A stretch of 60,997 nucleotides of DNA, from the IMG/VR virus record IMGVR_UViG_3300048591_000195, positions 1 to 60,997 of that record, one strand, 5' to 3'. Each line of letters begins with the position of its first letter. The stretch's first letter is position 1. Source of the DNA: a virus. Its lineage: Duplodnaviria > Caudoviricetes. The position numbers and the translations under genes were made by a program. A model generated the notes under the pieces. That model ran no database searches. It saw only the letters and a list, made by a program, of their open reading frames with translations, and had not been told where the DNA came from. This document shows positions 55,377 to 60,997 of this stretch, piece by piece.

Positions 55377-57503
55377 TTAAAATGGTGGGTCTTCCGGTAA
55401 CGGTGCGTTCATGTTTGGCTTTGCCTGTTTCATCTTTGCGTAATGGTTCTCGTACTTCATTTCAGATTGATGCCCCTTCAATAATGAGCCGTCAATCGGA
55501 CAAACACCATTAAAAAAAAACCTGTTTGTTAATTCATCAAAATGAATCTGATCGAAGTATCCTAACTTTGTCGTTAATTCCTGACTGCGTTGCTTCAATG
55601 TGTAAAAACTGCCTTTCGGGCTATTTGGGTTTATATGCTTCTCATGCCTGTGGTACGAAAATATTCCATCCATTGAATTATCCCAAGCAGAGCCACCCAA
55701 CAAATCATGCTGTGTTACTACCTTATATTCTCCATTAAGTTTTCCGTTCTTTCTCATTCGCCTTTCGTCCATGCTTTTCGGGTGAGCAATTAAGTTTCCG
55801 ACCATATCCGTATCAAGAACCAAATCCTCAAATTCACCAAACACCCTTTCAAGAACCACGTCCTTTGTTGTCTTTCCTTCATCTATCGTTAAGTTCTTCC
55901 ACGGGTCAAGTAAGAATCCATCCGTTCCAAAAGTTTCATATAGGTTTTTAAATCCTTCAATTACTGTTTTTGGTGCCCGGTCTTTGTGAGTATCCAATAC
56001 AAAAAAATGCTGCTCTATCCATAACATCGCAGCCTGATATTCTGCCAAAGTCATTTGATTGCCTTTGTGTTTGTATGGGTTCTTTCCCGTGTACGCATGA
56101 ATCAGAATATTATAAATCTTGTGCGCTGATCTTACCATTCTGCCGTCCGAATTTTTTACCGAATCAATCATTTCAGGACTCCATATCGCCCACTTCCAAT
56201 CGTCAATAACAGACTTCACCAACATCAAGAAAAGCACGAGGCCAGTATTATGTGTTGGAACAAACGATCGGCCTGATAGATACAGATGACTTGGGGAATC
56301 AACCTGAATACATTTTACAGGAACACTATTTATAGGATCACATGAAACAATACTTCTGTACCGACAATTCAATCTTATTTCTTTTGAAAGTCTTTTTTTC
56401 TTTCTTGGTAAAGAGAAAACATCTTTGTTAGTTTTAAAAGTTATTCTATATCGATCCGATGTTTTTCTGCCATATAATTTAGCATCATATTTTTTAGAAT
56501 AACATTTGATGCCTAATGAATTTATCAGTGTATAAACATGGTTAGATAAATTAAAATTTGTACTGGTAAACTCCATATTTCCTGTTTTTGAAGCTGTGCC
56601 GTCAGAATCCATTAACCCCCTTAATAACTCCATTCTATCACTTTCATCACTAAATAAATAAATATCTGGAATATGTTTATTGTGCAGTAATTTCAATTCA
56701 ACCATTTGTTTTCTTACTCCATGAATCGTGAATTCTCCACAGTTTCTATTCCTCTTATCTGGCCTAAAAGTACCAACCTCATAACCTAATGATGTTAATT
56801 TTTGTAAATAAAAATTGTAATCATCAAAAGAGCTTGTTATTGAATTTGTTCTTGAATTTCCATCACCAAGCCATAAACCAATTATATAAGGATGAACAGG
56901 TAAATTATTTTTACTACATTTTATTGGTTTCGCAACAGGAACATAATGTTTATATCTTTTATTACCATTAACATCAATTCTATCGATCAATGTTCGACTA
57001 ATTTCATAAGTAGTGACAATTGATGGTTGTACCATCTTATATGATTGATCGGTTCCTCTTAATTTAAGAGGCCCTCTCCTTTCGTTTCTATATAGGCTAT
57101 TAACAGCATGAGAACTATATGTTTTCCATAAATGATCCTCACAACAAATTTCCTCAGTTCCATCACTAAATGTAATTTTATAGCATCTTTTATTAAACTG
57201 AACTTCGGTTACGAACGTAACATTACATTGATTACCATTTTCATCAAAGACGATATCACCTGCTTTTAAATCCAACATCTTTTTAAACCCGTTTGGAGTT
57301 GGTATTTCTGTATGTATCCACTGAGCTTTCCCGAAACCCGCAAATCCAGTAAACGCATTTAAAAAACCACGCATCCAACTGAATATATTTTCCAAGTCAG
57401 AAATACGGCACTTATCCGCAATCTTTCCTCCCTCCTTAAAATCAACTATTAATCGTGATATGTTTGGAGGTAAGTACCCGCCTATGTTTCCGTTATCTGA
57501 CAT
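55377..57503 (-). CDS. SF4 (DnaB/gp4/Twinkle-like) replicative helicase domain with intein
   Basis: TGFAGFGK|T Walker A split by the intein; WSPE, LLDPW, IAHP, GGSAW.NSMD. Confidence 0.88.
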   Translation of the reverse strand: MSDNGNIGGYLPPNISRLIVDFKEGGKIADKCRISDLENIFSWMRGFLNAFTGFAGFGKAQWIHTEIPTPNGFKKMLDLKAGDIVFDENGNQCNVTFVTEVQFNKRCYKITFSDGTEEICCEDHLWKTYSSHAVNSLYRNERRGPLKLRGTDQSYKMVQPSIVTTYEISRTLIDRIDVNGNKRYKHYVPVAKPIKCSKNNLPVHPYIIGLWLGDGNSRTNSITSSFDDYNFYLQKLTSLGYEVGTFRPDKRNRNCGEFTIHGVRKQMVELKLLHNKHIPDIYLFSDESDRMELLRGLMDSDGTASKTGNMEFTSTNFNLSNHVYTLINSLGIKCYSKKYDAKLYGRKTSDRYRITFKTNKDVFSLPRKKKRLSKEIRLNCRYRSIVSCDPINSVPVKCIQVDSPSHLYLSGRSFVPTHNTGLVLFLMLVKSVIDDWKWAIWSPEMIDSVKNSDGRMVRSAHKIYNILIHAYTGKNPYKHKGNQMTLAEYQAAMLWIEQHFFVLDTHKDRAPKTVIEGFKNLYETFGTDGFLLDPWKNLTIDEGKTTKDVVLERVFGEFEDLVLDTDMVGNLIAHPKSMDERRMRKNGKLNGEYKVVTQHDLLGGSAWDNSMDGIFSYHRHEKHINPNSPKGSFYTLKQRSQELTTKLGYFDQIHFDELTNRFFFNGVCPIDGSLLKGHQSEMKYENHYAKMKQAKPNMNAPLPEDPPF
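56247..57326 (-). mobile_element. class-3-type intein (360 aa) with LAGLIDADG homing endonuclease
   Basis: Starts with Ala (AQWIHTEIPTPNG), ends VPTHN before Thr; DHLW, VKCIQV; GLWLGDG and LRGLMDSDG. Confidence 0.92.
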
Positions 57504-58182
57504 TCAATTCCTCTATTTCTTTTAGTTCCTTTTTGCATTTATCCAGTTGAACAAATACGTCCACAGTATCGTCATAGCAATCCTGATGTATCTTGCTACC
57601 GTATTCAATCAGTTTTCTTTTGATAGCCATTTCAATAACACAACGCGCATGGTATTCTAAGTTTGCAGCACTCGATACCTTTGAGGTTAATTCAGCGATG
57701 TAATGCGCTCCGCCAATCATTTCCAGTTTACCCGACTTTCTTAAGGCCATTACCACAGTACGCATATCAATTGCCATGTTTTCAGCCTTCATTTTTTGTA
57801 GGGTTGAAAATATCTCCTGATGGGCCGGATTGTAAAAGCTATCAGGATTCATAATTAAAAGCACCTTTTCGGTTTGGTCGTTGTTCTCCAACATCAATGC
57901 CCCAAGTATTGCCTCCTCCAAGTCAATCGCCTGCGGGGGTATCTTTCCTAAATCATCACGCTTTTTTATTTCATCTTCATAGGCTCGGAGTAGCTTTTCA
58001 ACTACGTTAATGAATAGGTTATTTTCCTGGATTTTGATTTTAATCTTTTGCGATGGTTCCTTGTATCGTTCCAGTAATTCAACGGAGTTCTTGAATTTCT
58101 TTAAATAGAAACTAACTTCGTCCTTTAAGTCTTGCAGGCGAGGCTTTTGCTTGTACGTTGATGTTTTGTTAGTTGATTGCAT
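57493..58182 (-). CDS. DnaB-like helicase N-terminal-domain protein
   Basis: PPQAIDLEEAILGALM...FY..AHQ.IF...ID..TV...GGAHYIAELT..V.SAAN.EYHA. Confidence 0.9.
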   Translation of the reverse strand: MQSTNKTSTYKQKPRLQDLKDEVSFYLKKFKNSVELLERYKEPSQKIKIKIQENNLFINVVEKLLRAYEDEIKKRDDLGKIPPQAIDLEEAILGALMLENNDQTEKVLLIMNPDSFYNPAHQEIFSTLQKMKAENMAIDMRTVVMALRKSGKLEMIGGAHYIAELTSKVSSAANLEYHARCVIEMAIKRKLIEYGSKIHQDCYDDTVDVFVQLDKCKKELKEIEELNVR

Positions 58183-58190
58183 TTGTTATT

Positions 58191-58547
58191 TCACCACGTC
58201 ATAGTATTCAACTTATAACCGTTTCCTGTTTTCTCCAACCGCCTCAATCCTTCAATGATGTTCTGGATGCCCCTGTCTTTGTCGTATTCCAAGTTACCTA
58301 AAATTAACTGATCTATTACAAATTCAATCGCCTTTGTTTCAACCTCCGGCATGAGGCGCAAGATAGTGTCTTTCCATTTGATGCAATCCCAAAAGTCTAA
58401 CTTGAAACTTCTAAGCTGGTTGAATTGGTCTAAGGAATTAAGAACGGCTAACTCTCTTTTGGTTAGCTTGCTGATTACCAATTCACGCTTTTCAACTTCG
58501 GTTAAACTCGCTTGGGTTTTCTTTACCAAACCACTCATATCAATCAA
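58191..58547 (-). CDS. hypothetical protein (replication region)
   Basis: 118 aa, coupled. Confidence 0.6.
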   Translation of the reverse strand: MIDMSGLVKKTQASLTEVEKRELVISKLTKRELAVLNSLDQFNQLRSFKLDFWDCIKWKDTILRLMPEVETKAIEFVIDQLILGNLEYDKDRGIQNIIEGLRRLEKTGNGYKLNTMTW

Positions 58548-58909
58548 ACAAGATGCCCGTACTTCTGACTAAATACATGGCTGCTGTTGTAATCGTTCAA
58601 ACTCTTTTTCGTTCCGGTTTGGATTTGGTACACGATCTCGTTGTACTTACTGTCAATTACCTGCAAGTCCTTATCCTTGAACCAATCCGGTAAACGCTGG
58701 CAAAGCATCCTGAATGAATTAATTACCAATTCATCCGTTGGCTGTAATTGCTTCGGAGAGGTTTTGATCGAATGCTCTATCTTTTTTATGATAGATTTCA
58801 TTTTCTTACCATGTACCGCGCTGAATGTCCAATCGGGGTGTATCTCTTTCAGCCAAATACGAACACATTCAGTATAAACTACGTCCTTTTGTTTGTCAGT
58901 CTTTTTCAT
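58544..58909 (-). CDS. hypothetical protein, possibly like a replication-initiator C-terminus
   Basis: WF...L..I.SKYNEI..QI motif; upstream of the helicase genes. Confidence 0.5.
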   Translation of the reverse strand: MKKTDKQKDVVYTECVRIWLKEIHPDWTFSAVHGKKMKSIIKKIEHSIKTSPKQLQPTDELVINSFRMLCQRLPDWFKDKDLQVIDSKYNEIVYQIQTGTKKSLNDYNSSHVFSQKYGHLV

Positions 58910-58912
58910 GGC

Positions 58913-59194
58913 TCAAAGATTTACCTTTTGAACTTTGGAAGCAGTTATCCTTTTTCTTTTGGTAGGCTCTTTAAATTCAATGTTCCATCCCGGGTGCCTC
59001 TTTCTTATCCGCTTTCTGAAAATCTTCATGGAGTCGATTAAATATTTGTGATCGTAATTACAAACATTGAAACCGTCCTCCAAGATTTTATCCGGTGGCT
59101 TGTTGTTGATTGCTTTATACCTTGTGGCGAACCGTAAGCCGATTTTGAATCGCTGTCTTTCAGTTAAGTTGGGGAAAAACTCTTTGATTGTCAT
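58913..59194 (-). CDS. hypothetical basic protein
   Basis: 93 aa. Confidence 0.6.
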   Translation of the reverse strand: MTIKEFFPNLTERQRFKIGLRFATRYKAINNKPPDKILEDGFNVCNYDHKYLIDSMKIFRKRIRKRHPGWNIEFKEPTKRKRITASKVQKVNL

Positions 59195-59520
59195 AGTCCA
59201 AGTCTGTTTATTTCGTTAACCATTTTAACAACTTTCTTTGTTGCGACTCTCATGTTAAGAGCCTGCAAGTAAACCAATTCAGGTCTTTGATTTACCTTGT
59301 GATGTATTGTGTCTGTTATTTGTCCTTTAACCTTTACCTCAAATTCAATTTTTGTTTCGATTAATTCAATTGATCCGGTTACAGGATTCCAACCGAATAA
59401 ACTAAGTCAGGGTATTTTTCTCATTCTCGCATTTAGTTTGTATTCATGCGGGACAGGTACCTCAAGAATTGTATTTAACTTTTCCTGATTTAAGTTTGTT
59501 GGGTTTAGTTGATTGTCCAT
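59191..59520 (-). pseudogene. 109-codon gene interrupted by one in-frame TGA (59407-59409)
   Basis: MDNQLNP...MRKIP*LSLFGWNPVTG...YLQALN...GL*; its end is ATGA-coupled to the next gene. Confidence 0.7.
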
Positions 59521-59529
59521 GTCATTAAG

Positions 59530-59712
59530 TTAATATCCTATAAACTCGCTCGTTTGCTTATCTAAATTCATCCGGCTGTTTCTGCTGGCCTTGTTGATGC
59601 ACGACTGGCAACGCCTCTCCTTGTGAACGTAACGCGAAATGCTGCCGTCTTTCTTTGTGTAGTAAGTTACAATGTCAGTTCCTTTTGATGGATTTCCGCA
59701 GATGCACGTCAT
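59530..59712 (-). CDS. small Zn-finger protein
   Basis: CIC...CQSC. Confidence 0.6.
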   Translation of the reverse strand: MTCICGNPSKGTDIVTYYTKKDGSISRYVHKERRCQSCINKASRNSRMNLDKQTSEFIGY

Positions 59713-59721
59713 AACCCAAAT

Positions 59722-60093
59722 TTAAGATTTTACATTCAAAACCTCCATCATTTTCCGAACTATTCCAGTAATGTTCTTTCGCTTGCCGTCTAAAATCTGG
59801 TAAACGGTCGCTGACTTGAATTGTGGGTACGCCTCACAAAACGCCAACACACTACCGAATTTCTCATTTATAGCCTCTGTAAGCCCGTTTCTCAATCCCT
59901 CCGTAATCTCATTACCCCCAAAGGTATCTTTCGTCTTAAGGGCTTTATCGTAGATTTTAGCCAACTCCATTCCTGAGTTCTTAAGACTCAATACCTTTTG
60001 AAGCTCATACCGGTCATAACCCGCCAACCGGCAAAACCGTGACATGGTGCCGAATTTCTTTTTTATGAATTGTTTTACCTTTTCTGGTTTCAT
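59722..60093 (-). CDS. tandem HTH-like DNA-binding protein
   Basis: Two similar units, IKKKFGTMSRFC / INEKFGSVLAFC...TVYQILDG. Confidence 0.6.
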   Translation of the reverse strand: MKPEKVKQFIKKKFGTMSRFCRLAGYDRYELQKVLSLKNSGMELAKIYDKALKTKDTFGGNEITEGLRNGLTEAINEKFGSVLAFCEAYPQFKSATVYQILDGKRKNITGIVRKMMEVLNVKS

Positions 60094-60110
60094 TTTGCTT
60101 TAATTTATCG

Positions 60111-60437
60111 TTACAATATAGGCAACCTTATACCCCTGAAATCAAAGCCGCCTGAAATAGCCCTCAAATCAATCTTATCAACACTTTCAAAACACTCATC
60201 CCAAAATCCAGCATCGAACGCGTCAAATAGTTCTGAGTACTCCTTTAGGCTTATGTGGTTTTTCTCTTTCAATAAATACCGATCAACGGTTACAATCTCG
60301 TTCACCGATGGGCCTTGCCCGAAGAATGAACAGTAATTGAACATATCCGACCGATTCCATGGGTCGTATCTGCAAACCACAGTTTCACCGGATTTGAATT
60401 TACGCAGGCCAAGAACTGATTTTATTACCTGAATCAT
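60111..60437 (-). CDS. hypothetical protein
   Basis: FK.GE.VVC...P..NEI.TV...L.EY. Confidence 0.6.
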   Translation of the reverse strand: MIQVIKSVLGLRKFKSGETVVCRYDPWNRSDMFNYCSFFGQGPSVNEIVTVDRYLLKEKNHISLKEYSELFDAFDAGFWDECFESVDKIDLRAISGGFDFRGIRLPIL

Positions 60438-60652
60438 TTCCTTCTCAGCTTAACATCATCAATCAGTATAACCACTTCTATGTATGGCGCTCCATCTTTG
60501 AATGAGTAAGTATAATCGTCCTGCAACCACCTTGCGCCTCTAAAATCAACATCCTGAGAATCCAATTCTTTCTCAATGTGTTTTCTTAAAATTTCCTCAA
60601 TTTCCCTTTTGGAAAAAGTCTTTTCGATTGATACATATTTTTTAAAGATCAT
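60434..60652 (-). CDS. hypothetical protein
   Basis: 72 aa. Confidence 0.6.
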   Translation of the reverse strand: MIFKKYVSIEKTFSKREIEEILRKHIEKELDSQDVDFRGARWLQDDYTYSFKDGAPYIEVVILIDDVKLRRK

Positions 60653-60654
60653 TT

Positions 60655-60997
60655 TTAATCGGTGTTTACGTTTACAACCTCAATATTTGGTGTGAATGTC
60701 CGGTCTTTGCATTCATCTTTTAACGGGCACTTGTTACAGGATGACAAAGAAGGACGCGCTGCAAATCCGATTGACTTTTCAAAGTTGAATTTTTTAAGCA
60801 GGTAATCCCCTTCATTCAGGTGCATTTCAACCATATCAGCATCAACCGGAATATACATGAACTTTATATCTGGATTGATCGGGTTTCCTTCTTCATCTTT
60901 TTCTTTATGGCTTGAATCAACAACCAAATAAAAAAACTTCAAATCTGATATAAGGTGATACTGAATAGCCTGAATCTTGTGATGTTCTTTCTGGATG
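60655..60997 (-). CDS. PD-(D/E)XK / Cas4-like exonuclease, C-terminal part (runs off window end)
   Basis: Frame open to the window edge: IQKEHHKIQAIQY...FFYLVVD...CNKCPLKDEC (QxxxY and CxxC-x5-C). Confidence 0.7.
   Translation of the reverse strand, partial: IQKEHHKIQAIQYHLISDLKFFYLVVDSSHKEKDEEGNPINPDIKFMYIPVDADMVEMHLNEGDYLLKKFNFEKSIGFAARPSLSSCNKCPLKDECKDRTFTPNIEVVNVNTD

Noticed and set aside
244-60336. All plus-strand ORFs in the track
   Set aside because: Short, nearly all antisense to well-supported minus-strand genes, with no recognisable motifs
1-60997. Alternative genetic code (TGA or TAG reassigned)
   Set aside because: Long genes are intact in code 11 and all three stops end well-defined genes
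60655-60997. CRISPR-Cas system implied by the Cas4-like gene
   Set aside because: No other cas genes or array; its context beside ERF indicates a recombination exonuclease

Overview
The window is a nearly complete genome of a tailed dsDNA phage with an HK97-type head and a long non-contractile tail. Essentially all protein genes are on the minus strand. The host is most likely Bacteroidota, judged from TTTG-N19/20-TAnnTTTG promoters, A-rich leaders without Shine-Dalgarno sites, and signal peptides cleaved before Gln. The two window ends carry the two halves of one PD-(D/E)XK/Cas4-like nuclease gene. In transcription order (high to low coordinates) the modules are: replication and recombination (DnaB-N protein, helicase with a class-3 intein, NinB, SF2 helicase, DNA methyltransferase, exonuclease, RuvC, acyl carrier protein); terminase; a sugar-modification and glycosyltransferase cluster with a two-frame C5 methyltransferase; portal, protease and capsid; tail; tail-fibre-like proteins with Sec signal peptides; lysis; a non-coding control region; and early genes (HNH, nucleotidyltransferase, ERF). 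I recognised no integrase, CI-type repressor, DNA polymerase or primase. Four candidates stand out. (1) A promoter-to-terminator sRNA of about 80 nt at 47994-48074 has an exposed seed complementary to a UCAACUAAC motif found at the translation starts of at least 9 early/middle genes. (2) A structured RNA of about 450 nt at 5580-6030 is the only plus-strand transcription unit I found. (3) Fibre-like proteins appear to be exported and are rich in the Bacteroidota O-glycosylation sequon. (4) A phage glycan-tailoring cluster is accompanied by an ACP. All functional calls come from motif recognition by eye; no searches were run.
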